Below, piece by piece: positions 26,301 to 37,844 of a stretch of 64,000 nt of DNA. Every line of letters starts with the position of its first letter. Positions within the stretch are counted from its first letter, which is position 1. The notes under the pieces are model-generated. The model was not told where the DNA came from. It saw only the letters and a list, made by a program, of their open reading frames with translations, and did no database searches. Made by a program: the position numbers and the translations under genes. Origin of the DNA: Macrostomum lignano (lineage: Eukaryota); contig NIVC01000020.1 of assembly GCA_002269645.1 (NCBI GenBank), forward strand, positions 806,001-870,000. The letters are read 5' to 3'.

Positions 26301-27627
26301 TGGCCACCGACAGCGGCCGGCAGACGGCCTGGTAGCGCTCGAAGGACACCAGCAGGGTGATGTAGATGGAGGCCAGCTGCATGGTGAAGCACACGGGCAG
26401 CAGGTACTTCACCGTGCTGCCCCGGCTCAGGTAGCAGAAGTACAGCAGCAGGCTGGGCACCTGGCGGAGTCACGGTGATTTATTCAGTCATACCTGGTAA
26501 TACTCATAGAATCGCAGTCATACCTGGTAATACTCATAGAATCGCAGTCATACCTGGTAATACTCATAGAATCGCAGTCATACCTGGTAATACTCATAGA
26601 ATCGCAGTCATACCTGGTAATACTCATAGAACCGCAGTCATACCTGGTAATACTCATAGAATCGCAGTCATACCTGGTAATACTCATAGAATCGCAGTCA
26701 TACCTGGTAATACTCATAGAATCGCAGTCATACCTGGTAATACTCATAGAATCGCAGTCATACCTGGTAATACTCATAGAATCGCAGTCATACCTGGTAA
26801 TACTCATAGAACCGCAGTCATACCTGGTAATACTCATAGAACCGCAGTCATACCTGGTAATACTCATAGAATCGCAGTCATACCTGGTAATACTCATAGA
26901 ATCGCAGTCATACCTGGTAATACTCATAGAACCGCAGTCATACCTGGTAATACTCATAGAATCGCAGTCATACCTGGTAATACTCATAGAATCGCAGCCA
27001 TGCCTGGTAATACTCATTGAATCGCAGTCATATCTGGTAATACTCATAGAATCGCAGTCATACCTGGTAATACTCATAGAACCGCAGTCATACCTGGTAA
27101 TACTCATAGAATCGCAGTCATACCTGGTAATACTCATAGAATCGCAGTCATACCTGGTAATACTCATAGAACCGCAGTCATACCTGGTAATACTCATAGA
27201 ATCGCAGTCATACCTGGTAATACTCATAGAATCGCAGTCATACCTGGTAATACTCATAGAATCGCAGTCATACCTGGTAATACTCATAGAATCGCAGTCA
27301 TACCTGGTAATACTCATAGAATCGCAGTCATACCTGGTAATACTCATAGAACAGGCTCAGCACGTTAATCACGAAGTTGCCCAGGATGAAGACGGCGTCA
27401 ACCACGCATAGGGCGGACAGGATGGTGAAGAGCGGGCAGCGGCGGTGCCGGTTGGCCCGCTGCAGCACAAAGACGGACAGCACGTTGCCGATGATGCCGA
27501 AGATGGACAGGATGCCGGTGATGTAGAATGCCAGCACCGAGGTGGCCAGCTGGATGCTGTCTATGGCCGGAGCTGCAGTGGGCTTGTCGGCCAGGGACCA
27601 GTTGCTGGGCGGGCTTGTTGACTCCAT
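23314..27627 (-). CDS. Class A peptide GPCR, FMRFamide/sex-peptide-receptor-like, 3 coding exons, 462 aa
   Basis: Minus-strand exons 27627-27334, 26460-25885, 23832-23314; phase-0 GT-AG introns. TM1 GIIGNVLSVFVL, TM2 LSALCVVDAVF, TM3 ERYQAVCRPL, TM4 YNVPKFFEL, TM5 YFIIPVTAITFMN, TM6 AIVVSFYLFMLP, TM7 INSCLNFILYCVIGKKFR (the variant of NPxxY typical of this subfamily). Ligand unknown. Confidence 0.92.
23868..25790. repeat. Three separate minisatellites in GPCR intron 2
   Basis: 32-bp GTCAGAGCCTGTGCACAGTTGTCAGCACCTGT (23868-24170), 21-bp GATTAAGCACCTGTCAGCAGT (24250-24920), 15-bp CCCTAATGCCATCAT (25310-25790). Confidence 0.92.
26485..27351 (-). repeat. 30-bp tandem array spanning the GPCR exon 1 donor, about 29 copies
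   Basis: Sense-strand unit TTCTATGAGTATTACCAG|GTATGACTGCGA. Confidence 0.97.
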
Positions 27628-28521
27628 GGCGATTGGCAGCGGCTGCGGGTCAGTGGAGAGAGTGCATAGCAACTGCATAGTAACCACTTAGCAACTGCAT
27701 ACTAGCCACTTAGAAAGCGCATAGTAACCATTTAAAAACCGCGTAGTATCCACGTAGAAACAACATAGTAACGCCTAAGAAACTGCTAATAACTGCTAAG
27801 AAACTGCATAAAAACTTAAAAACTGCATAGCAACGGCTTAGAAACCGCATAGCAACGGCTTAGAAACTGCATAGCAACCGCTAAAAAACGGCATAGAGAC
27901 AGCTTAATAGCCACTGAATGCGGCAAGGCGACAGTCCTTGGCAAATGCATGCAGCTCATTAGTTTTGCTTGAGCATGCGAAATCATTAAGAAGTGGACAA
28001 AAAACTTTTCTCTTCTTTGTTAGGAGCTTCTATTTTCTTTGAACTCATCTCTTTTTCTCCCCTGTTTCCCTAGCCCGGCCCGATTCAGACTAATTTCTCA
28101 TTGCAAGCGGGAAAGTGCGGGGCGATTCAACCGAGGCCCTGGCATCGATAGCCCCGTCAGCTCTGACAGCCGCCCACTCCTCCCGCCTTGGCCAACCTCG
28201 GATGAAATTGCACCTGGGGGCTAGCGCTGCAGACAGGGATTTTCCCAGCCTCCGCGCCCCGGCTGATGAAGCATCCGGAATCCTATGGATACGCAGCACA
28301 GCTGCTCCAGCTGATGTTAGCGGGGGGAGGTGCGCAAAATAAAATCCCCTTTTGCCAAAGTAGTTTTAATTGGGCATCATCAAATGCTTTGCGGATGCTG
28401 GGCAAGAAGTTTTGGAGGCTGGCTGATGCAGCAGCGGCTGACGGCTCGTCCCGAATCGCTCATACAATCAATCATTGCCTATGATAGGATTATCAGCACT
28501 GAGGTCAGATAAGGGGATGTT

Positions 28522-29107
28522 AAGGTGCAGCTGAGTTGCAGCTAAGGGGCAGCTGAGGGGCAGCTGAGGTGCAGTTGAGGTGCAGCTGAAGGGCAGCTGA
28601 GGTGCAGTTGAGATGCAGCTGAGGGGCAGCTGAGGTGCAGTTGAGGTGCAGCTGAAGGGCAGCTGAGGTGCAGCTGAGGTGCAGCTGAGGTGCAGCTGAA
28701 GGGCAGCTGAGGTGCAGCTGAGGTGCAGTTGAGGTGCAGCTGAAGGGCAGCTGAGGTGCAGTTGAGGTGCAGTTGAGGTGCAGTTGAGGTGCAGTTAAGG
28801 TGCAGTTGAGGTGCAGCTGAGGGGCAGCTGAGGTGCAGTTGAGGTGCAGCTGAAGGGCAGCTGAGGGGCAGCTGAGGGGCAGCTGAGGTGCAGCTGAGGT
28901 GCAGCTGAAGGGCAGCTGAGGTGCAGCTGAGGTGCAGTTGAGGTGCAGCTGAAGGGCAGCTGAGGTGCAGTTGAGGTGCAGTTGAGGTGCAGTTGAGGTG
29001 CAGTTAAGGTGCAGTTGAGGTGCAGCTGAGGGGCAGCTGAGGTGCAGTTGAGGTGCAGCTGAAGGGCAGCTGAGGGGCAGCTGAGGGGCAGCTGAGGGGC
29101 AGCTGAG
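28522..29107. repeat. 11-bp minisatellite
   Basis: Unit GCAGCTGAGGT. Confidence 0.92.
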
Positions 29108-29743
29108 ATGTGGGTGCAAGAACAAGCTCAATTGAAAATCCTGAAAGCGCTGCAAGCAGCTCGCGGCCGCTCTTGCACAAAAAATCTGCACTTCTTCCGC
29201 CTCCCCCACCACCACCGGTGTAAAATCTCAGAAGGCTTCTGCGGCAATTTCCTGGCAAGCAGCCACCCCGCCTGGAGAAAGCCAACACGGGTCGTTCCCG
29301 CTTCCCCTTTTGCTCCCGCCCATTTCTCCCCCTGCTAGCAGCTCAGCCTTCACTCACTTGGCGCCCTCGGTTTGCTCGGAAGTGTCGCGTCCACCTGTCG
29401 GGTCCTCAAGCGGCGGGAGCAGAAATCGACGGCAAGATCGGCTCGGAAAACGCAGCGGACCGAGTCCTCAGCCTTGTCTTCCTCCTCCTCTTGTTCTGCT
29501 TTTTCTGCTTCCTTCTTCTTTCTCGCCGTGGCACAGTTTAAATTATTCAAGTCTCAGGGGCTGCTGAACTTGCCTGGCCCGGCCGCCATTGGCCAGGAGC
29601 CGCCAGCCAATCAGATGCGGCCGCCCTAATCAACACTGACTGGGCCGCCTCGCTTTGGCAACTGGCAAGTTTAAGTCGCTCGAGAGCAGGCCGAATCGGC
29701 TAGCCCAGATAAGCCCGGCACAGGCATCTGTGAGCTGAGCAGC

Positions 29744-29745
<2 letters not shown>

Positions 29746-29802
<57 letters not shown>
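29746..29802. repeat. (TC)n microsatellite
   Basis: About 28 perfect units, near CCAAT-like motifs at 29586-29612. Confidence 0.95.
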
Positions 29803-29804
<2 letters not shown>

Positions 29805-30099
29805 CCTTTCTGCATTCTCCTTATCTGTTCCTGATTGACAGGTAATCTTGACCGCCACACTTCTCATTCTTTCAGTTCTCTCAGGCCTTCTCTTTCAGTC
29901 TTCAATGGCCAGAGTAGCAGATAAGCCCCCGCCTGACAACCAGACCCCAAAGTCTCAAAGTCTAGCGTGATGTGGGCCAGCGGCTGCCAGCTTAATCAGA
30001 TGGAGTGCCAGCAGCGCTGATGCAGCTCCCGGCTTTGGCTTATCGTTGGGCTTCAGGAGCTTGCTGCTCCGTCTGGTGCACTTTCTTTGCTGAACTCAA

Positions 30100-30465
30100 A
30101 GTCTCTCTCAGGGTTTCACTCTCCGATTGACTTCTGGCTGGGTGTCACTCTCGGGGTTTCACTCTCTGACTGACTTCTGGCTGGGTGTCACTCTCAGGGT
30201 TTCACTCTCCGATTGACTTCTGGCTGGGTGGCACTCTCGGGGTTTCACTCTCCGATTGACTTCTGGCTGGGTGGCACTCTCGGGGTTTCACTCTCCGATT
30301 GACTTCTGGCTGGGTGGCACTCTCGGGGTTTCACTCTCTGATTGACTTCTGGTTGAGCGTCACTCTCGGGGTTTCACTTTCTGATTGACTGCTGGATTGG
30401 TGTCACTCTCGGGGTTTCACTCTCCAACTGACTGCCGACTAAATGTCACTCGGAGAGCGTCACTC
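30100..30465. repeat. 43-bp minisatellite
   Basis: Unit GGGTTTCACTCTCCGATTGACTTCTGGCTGGGTGTCACTCTCG. Confidence 0.9.
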
Positions 30466-31004
30466 TCTCTCTGTCCGGCAAATGACATGCGTAGGGAAAG
30501 TTTCGCTGCAGCAAAGCTTCTCCGAAAGCCATCAGGGAGAGCCCGACTGCCCGGTTGCGATCGCAGATGGCGCAGCTGCTCAGCCGGACCATGACTGATG
30601 GCTCCAGATGCCACCCTCCATCAACCAGCCTCTCAGACACCGGCAAGTCCTATCTCAAATTTGTAAGTCGCATCCGCCTGCTCATTCCAGCCTCCTAGCT
30701 TGTTCATCTTCATCCTGAGCATTCCAGCTGCTGCACTTCAGCTATCCATGGAGTGGTCACGTGACCCCCCCATTCATCACCGGCCGGGAAATCGAAGCGA
30801 ATTACCCGGCCTGATCGATGCCGGCCTGTCTAGCAGCTCGCGAAGGTGGGCGAGGCTGAGGGGGGAGGCTGAGGGGACGGGAAAAGTTCTGAGGAGAAGC
30901 AAAACAAATGGGATTTGTCCGGGGCCGGGGACAGGGGGAGACAGTCCGCATCTGTCTTGCTGGGTGCGACTAATCTGCAGAGAGGGACCCGCTGGCAAAT
31001 TCGG

Positions 31005-31298
31005 TGAATGCGCAGTGAGTGCGCAGTGAATGTGCAGTGAATGTGCAGTGAGTGCGCAGTGAATGTGCAGTGAATGTGCAGTGAATGTGCAGTGATATGC
31101 AGTGAATGTGCAGTGAATGTGCAGTGAATGTGCAGTGAATGTGCAGTGAATGTGCAGTGAATGTGCAGTGAATGTGCAGTGAATGTGCAGTGAATGTGCA
31201 GTGAATGTGCAGTGAATGTGCAGTGAATGTGCAGTGAGTGTGCAGTGAATGTGCAGTGAATGTGCAGTGAGTGTGCAGTGAATGTGCAGTGAATGTGC
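31005..31298. repeat. 11-bp minisatellite
   Basis: Unit CAGTGAATGTG. Confidence 0.93.
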
Positions 31299-31749
31299 AG
31301 GGCAGCACTGAATCAGCCGCTCACAGGAAAGCGCAGCGGGGCGGCCAGCTTCAGCGAGCACTTTCTCGACAACTGGCCAGTCTAAGCCTTCAGAGCCTTG
31401 CTTTTAGAAGAAACACGCAAAGGAAAAGCAGATTCTCAGCGGGCGCAACAGCCACGGGGGGCGTGAGATGCCAGCGCCATCTCTGCCAATGGATTATCAG
31501 TGTTCACTGAGCACCGGGTACCGGATTATCGACCCCCGTAGCTGATCTCTCACTTTCCGAGCGCCTCTGTCCACGAGAATCCAATTTCGAGTTTCCACGC
31601 GCGCCGCCCGAGCTGCTCGGCCGCTCGGATCAGGTGGCGCCTCGATCGATTCGCCCCCCCCCCGACCCCGCCTGTCCCCTCGGATCCCCGGCACCGCGAA
31701 ACCGCCGGCGGATCGGAGCTGCGAGAGGAGCTGGAGTGAGGGGAATCGA

Positions 31750-32385
31750 TTGATTGGCTAATCTAGCCAACGGATTAAATAATCGAGTGGATTGCTAATC
31801 TAGCCAACGGATTAAATAATCGAGTGGATTGCTAATCTAGCCAACGGATTAAATAATCGAGTGGATTGCTAATCTAGCCAACGGATTAAATAATCAAGTG
31901 GATTGCTAATCTAGCCAACGGATTAAATAATCGAGTGGATTGCTAATCTAGCCAACGGATTAAATAATCGAGTGGATTGCTAATCTAGCCAACGGATTAA
32001 ATAATCAAGTGGATTGTTAATCTAGCCAACGGATTAAATAATCGAGTGGATTGCTAATCTAGCCAATTGATCAAATAATCAAGTGGAGTGCTAATCTAGC
32101 CAACGGATTAAATAATCAAGTGGAGTGCTAATATAGCCAATGGATTAAATAATCGAGTTGATTGCTAATCTAGCCAACGGATTAAATAATCAAGTGGAGT
32201 GCTAATATAGCCAATGGATTAAATAATCGAGTTGATTGCTAATCTAGCCAACGGATTAAATAATCGAGTTGATTGCTAATCTAGCCAACGGATTAAATAA
32301 TCGAGTGGATTGCTAATATAGCCAATGGATTAAATAATCGAGTGGATTGCTAATCTAGCCAATGGATTCAATATTAAGTGGATTG
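31750..32385. repeat. 37-bp minisatellite, about 17 copies
   Basis: Unit GGATTGCTAATCTAGCCAACGGATTAAATAATCGAGT, head to tail with no spacers. Confidence 0.93.
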
Positions 32386-32654
32386 CAAGTGCAACCTCCC
32401 AAAGTTTGATTTTTTTTAAAATAAATATTTTGGAGTAGTGACATTGGAGTAGGAAACTTTGTGCAATGCAAATCAAAATTATCGTTTAAAAATCTGTGTG
32501 TGCTACTGACTAAGTAGACGAGACGCAACATTGTATTATCAGATAGCAAATCCTTTCACAGCTGTTGAGTGCTGGTTCCGTTTCTGTATTTCCTATTCTG
32601 GCATCTTTCAGTAGCTTGCTTTAGTCTTCTGATACAGGAGATCCTTTGATACAC

Positions 32655-33465
32655 TGCAGTCCCTGCACCCCTACAGCCCTGCACCCCTGCAGCCCTGCAC
32701 CCCCTGCAGCCCTGCACCCCTGCAGCCCTGCACCCCTACAGCCCTGCAGCCCTGCAAACCTGCACCCCCTGCAGCCCTGCACCCCTACAGCCCTGCACCC
32801 CTACAGCCCTGCAGCCCTGCAGCCCTGCAGCCCTGCAGCCCTGCACCCCTACAGCCTTGCAACCCTGCACCTCTGCACCCCCTGCACCCCCTGCACCCTG
32901 CAGCCTCGCACCCCCTGCACCCCTGCAGCCCTGCAGCCCTGCAAACCTGCACCCCTGCACCTCTGCACCCCCTGCACCCCCTGCACCCTGCAGCCTCGCA
33001 CCCCCTGCACCCCTGCAGCCCTGCAGCCCTGCACCCCCTGCACCCCCTGCACCCTGCAGTCTCGCACCCCCTGCACCCCTGCACCCCTGCAGCCCTGCAG
33101 CCCTGCACCCCCTGCACCCCTGCAGCCCTGCAGCCCTGCACCCCTACAGCCCTGCAGTCCTGCACCCCTGCAGCCCTGCACCCCCTGCAGCCCTGCACCC
33201 CCTGCACCCATGCACCCCCTGCACCCCTGCACCCCTGCACCCCCTGCACCCCTGCACCCCTGCACCCCCTGCACCCCTGCACCCCTGCACCCCCTGCACC
33301 CCCTGCACCCCCTGCACCCTGCAGCCTCGCACCCCCTGCACCCCTGCAGCCCTGCACCCCCTGCACCCCTGCAGCCCTGCAGCCCCTGAGCCCCTGCACC
33401 CCTTGCAGCCCCTGCACCACCTGCAGCCCTGCACCCACTACACCCACTGCAACCCCTGCGCCCAA
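32655..33465. repeat. 8-9-bp C-rich minisatellite
   Basis: Unit CCCTGCACC/CCCTGCAG. Confidence 0.92.
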
Positions 33466-33839
33466 GCATTAATAATATAAATGTAAATTGTGAAATATTA
33501 TACACACTAAAAGCAGTTTCACAACTGTCTTCACAAGTTTCTGAAATTATTCTTTGTTAAATAATGGGATAAAAGCTGCTGGTCAGCAACAATTGGAAAC
33601 ACAAAAGTACAGATTGGTTGCTAACTTGTGGATTTACAACATGAAGAGTTCAGATAGCAGAACGGAAACGGGAGGAAACTTGGTCCAGGCCAAGTCAACG
33701 AGAGTCAGCACAACACAACACATTTTTTTGTAAGCGAGATAGCGAACGAGGGACATCAGAAATCGATAAATAATAATCATCAGCGATATCGGTCTTTATT
33801 GGCTGAGAGGTCTGCCCACAATTTACAAGCCTAGTTAAC

Positions 33840-34032
33840 CCCACTGTACAGCAGTAGGCTGCCCAGTCAGCCCCACAGTACAGCAGTAGGCTGCCCAGTC
33901 AGCCCCACAGTACAGCAGTAGGCCGCCCAGTCAGCCCCACAGTACAGCAGTAGGCCGCCCAGTCAGCCCCACAGTACAGCAGTAGGCTGCCCAGTCAGCC
34001 CCACAGTACAGCAGTAGGCTGCCCAGTCAGCC
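33840..34032. repeat. 32-bp repeat in the 3' region of the small secreted gene
   Basis: Unit CCCACAGTACAGCAGTAGGCTGCCCAGTCAGC, about 6 copies. Confidence 0.9.
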
Positions 34033-34051
34033 AGGCCGGCGTCGCTGAAGC

Positions 34052-34348
34052 TCAGGCGGTCAGCAGCTGGCCGGACTCGCAGGCGCCGGGCGTCAGGCCG
34101 GCAATCTCGGCAGCCGTGACCATCAGGCAGGCATCGGGCGGCTCGCGCTGGAAGAACGCGCAGCCGGAGGTGAACAGGCATCGCTGGGCGCAGGCTGTGA
34201 AGGTCGGCGAGCCGGAGTCCTCCGGGCGCAGGGACAGCAGGCTGCGGTTGGCGCACTGGCTGGAAGGCGCGATCCGCCAGCAGGCCGACGAACCCGACGG
34301 TGCCACCGCCGCAGTCAGCAGGAGAAGCAGTGCCAGAGTCAGGTGCAT
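34052..34348 (-). CDS. Small secreted cysteine-rich protein with PAN/apple-like signature, 98 aa
   Basis: MHLTLALLLLLTAAVAPSGSSA signal peptide, then six Cys including CAQRC...GCAFF...C. A splice acceptor lies 13 nt upstream of the ATG and a minus-strand AATAAA is at 33795-33800. Confidence 0.7.
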   Translation of the reverse strand: MHLTLALLLLLTAAVAPSGSSACWRIAPSSQCANRSLLSLRPEDSGSPTFTACAQRCLFTSGCAFFQREPPDACLMVTAAEIAGLTPGACESGQLLTA

Positions 34349-35294
34349 CGTTGAGCTGCGACTGACAGGAAGGAGAGGGGCGGAGCAGCTCCGTGAGTAA
34401 CTCTCGCCCAAGAGGCCCAGAGCCCGCTGCGAACCAAATGAAGAGTCGAAGCTTGGCCTTTTCACAATGATTCATATGGGTAAACAGCAAGAGTAACTAT
34501 ACTTTTCCATAGATAGTAAAACGCTTCGAAATCTAATTAGCATTTTGAAAGCAGAGAATTCCTGAAATAAAGCAAGCACTACTGTTAGTGAGCGGCCGTA
34601 GTTATGAAAACTCTTTTGAGAACTCTACGAGCGTATTTTCATTGCATTTTTCTGGAACCTGTAAAGCTCCCCATCTCGCCATTGCATTTCACAGCGGAGA
34701 AACTCACCTCAAGCCGTGAGAAAAGTGGAGCGAACCAAGGCGGATGCGAAGCGGCAGTCCGTGGGAAAACTCAGTGTTTTCAGTATGCAGTGAGATCCCC
34801 AAACTCTCTCTCTCTGCCCTGGACAGCCCAACTCTGAATTCCGCCAGTTATGAAAGCTTGTTTGCTTATTCGAGTTGGCATGGCAACGCACGAACTGCAT
34901 AATGAGAGCCGCGGTGCCGGTGACTGTTTTCCATTGGCAGGCCATTGTGGCCCAGTGGTCTCTCCAGCGCCGTCCCTCCGTACCTCGGGGGGGACTCCGG
35001 CATGGCAGCTGGTCTGCTGCTCCTGCGGCCCCCCCAACCTCCTCACGGATTATCGAGACACTTAAATTTGCTATTGTGAGAAAATTGTACAGAAATTGCT
35101 ATTCCAAATTCCTTCCGACCTCTCTAGCATTGTTGGCAGCTCTCCGGCAGCTGGAGTGGCTTGATTGAATTATCCAATGCTGTAAATTCCCGCATCTTTG
35201 CTGTATTTTGTTGCTATGCACTGGCTCAGCTGGTTACCTGATTTATGACGGGCTGAATGCGAACTAATGTCAATGTATCACATTATTCATGCAC

Positions 35295-35572
35295 CAAAAC
35301 GGTCATGCATCAAATCGGTCATGCATCAAATCGGTCATGCACCAAATCGGTCATGCATCAAATCGGTCATGCATCAAATCGGTCATGCATCATATCGGTC
35401 ATGCACCAAATCGGTCATGCATCAAATCGGTCATGCATCAAATTGGTCATGCATCAAATCGGTCATGCATCAAATCGGTCATGCATCAAATCGGTCATGC
35501 ATCAAATCGGTCATGCATCAAATCGGTCATGCATCAAATCGGTCATGCATCAAATCGGTCATGCATCAAATC
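35295..35572. repeat. 16-bp minisatellite
   Basis: Unit AAATCGGTCATGCATC. Confidence 0.92.
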
Positions 35573-35659
35573 GAATAATTATTTTAAATAATAATTATTT
35601 ATTGTTATTTTATCGAATAATTGTGCTTCTCCCTCTCACGTCCCTTCTCCCGCTCAAAC

Positions 35660-37045
35660 CTACACCATCTGCTCCCCTCCACCCTCTGCTCCCCTTCACC
35701 GTCTGCTCCCCTTCACCGTCTGCTCCCCTTCACCCTCTGCTCCCCTCCACCCTCTGCTCCCCTCCACCCTCTGCTCCCCTTCACCCTCTGCTCCCCTCCA
35801 CCCTCTGCTCGCCTCCACCCTCTGCTCCCCTCCACCCTCTGCTCCCCTTCACCCTCTGCTCCCCTTCACCCTCTGCTCGCCTCCACCCTCTGCTCCCCTC
35901 CACCCTCTGCTCCCCTTCACCCTCTGCTCCCCTCCACCCTCTTCTCCCCTCCACCCTCTGCTCCCCTTCACCCTCTGCTCCCCTCCACCCTCTTCTCCCC
36001 TCCACCCTCTGCTCCCCTTCACCCTCTGCTCCCCTCCACCCTCTTCTCCCCTCCACCCTCTGCTCCCCTTCACCCTCTGCTCCCCTCCACCCTCTGCTCC
36101 CCTCCACCCTCTGCTCCCCTTCACCCTCTGCTCCCAGAGGGTTGCCAGTAAAGGTTATTCAATTCAAATTTTCATATTCTGGCGCTGCTCTCGTCTAAAC
36201 AAGCCGCACAAGCCGCACAAGCATTCTTCCATTTCGCTAATAGTTTCTGGTTGCATTTCTGTAGGACTTGCAGGGCAGACATACCTACAGAGCTATCTCA
36301 GGGCTTGCTCAGTGTCAGGTGTCGGGTGTCGAAGCGATGCGCTGTGTGAGTTTGCACTGTGGGTTCATCCATTCGGGAGTAAACAGCAGTTTTGACACTG
36401 AATTTGCGCTTTCAGCAATGAAGTTTTACCAGCTGCTTCAAGTAATTTCACAGGCTTGCTTCACCCGCAGTTCCGACGTACAGAAGATGAGATGATATGA
36501 TGTAAGTGCTAAGAAGACTTCCCATCTCGCCAATGCATTTTTCTGCGGAAACCGGCCACTTTCCTGCCCACACCCTCACAACCTCCAGTCCACACCCTCA
36601 CACTCTCCTGCCCACACCCTCACACACTCCTGCCCACACCCTCCCACCCTCCATCCCACACCCTCACACACTCCAGTCCACACCCTCACAACCTCCAGTC
36701 CACACCCTCACACACTCCAGTCCACACCCTCAAACACTCCTGCCCACACCCTCACACACTCCAGCCCACACCCTCACACACTCCTGCCCACACCCTCACA
36801 CACTCCAGCCCACACCCTCACATACTCCAGCCCACACCCTCACACACTCCAGCCCACACCCTCACACACTCCTGCCCACACCCTCCCACCCTCCAGCCCA
36901 CACCCTCACACACTCCAGCCCACACCCTCACACACTCCTGCCCACACCCTCCCACCCTCCAGCCCACACCCTCACACCCTCCAGCCCACACCCTCACACC
37001 CTCCAGCCCACACCCTCACACTCTGCAGCCCACACCCTCCCACCT
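35660..37045. repeat. Two C-rich minisatellites
   Basis: 17-bp CCTCCACCCTCTGCTCC (35660-36135) and 22-bp CCACACCCTCACACACTCCAGC (36562-37045). Confidence 0.9.
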
Positions 37046-37844
37046 GTAGTGTACGCCCCCTCTATGCCTTCACGCTTTTCTCTGACTAGCTTTCGCCCTC
37101 TTGTCCAACGTGCACTAGCACTGGCCCCGTCAACCGTTGCGTAACACTGTAGCCGCACGTCGGCAGTGAGTTGATATAATAGCTCAAATATACGGTCCAC
37201 GAGACCAGGTTTTTCGCCACACACAAGCGCACTACACCACCCTCCAGCCCCACCGTCCCATCTTGAACCCACTGACCAGTTTTTGTTCAACCAACATCAA
37301 ACCCCTCATCTACAGCTCAGTCTCTCTCCCCTGTTCTCCTATCCAATATCGCGGTCGCTGCAAGTAGTATAATCGACCCTATTTTAATAAACCCACGGGA
37401 GAAAGAAAACCGAGAAGATGCGGGGGCGTGTGAAGCAAGCCTCACTTGAGTGAATAAAAACTGTCGCTTTTGGCAGCTTAAGTTGCAGGCCATCTTTAAT
37501 ACCGCAGCGGTGAGCTCAGCAACTCCGAGAGCAGCCCAGGACAGGCGGGGCCTCGCTGGGACGGCCAGTAGAACAGGCAGATGAGAGCAGTCGGAGCCTC
37601 GAGGCGTCACTGAGGACTGGCGATGACTCTCTCCGAGCTCGGGCAAGCTCGAAGGACTTTATGGAAGGGCGAGGGGTGGGGCGAAACCGTGCGTGCCGCT
37701 TCTCTCCGAGCTGCTGCTGCTGCTGTGTCTTGTCATCCACTCGACACCTCTGTCGGCTTTTCGGATTTTATTTCCCCTAATGCTCCGTCCTCCGTTCCCC
37801 TAAGTCCTCCGAGCTCCACTTGTCCTTTCGCATCGATGCTTTGT

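Noticed and set aside
31750-32385. 37-bp repeats of CRISPR-like length
   Set aside because: The units are head to tail with no unique spacers, there are no cas genes, and the context is eukaryotic. The same applies to the 30-, 33-, 35- and 43-bp arrays.
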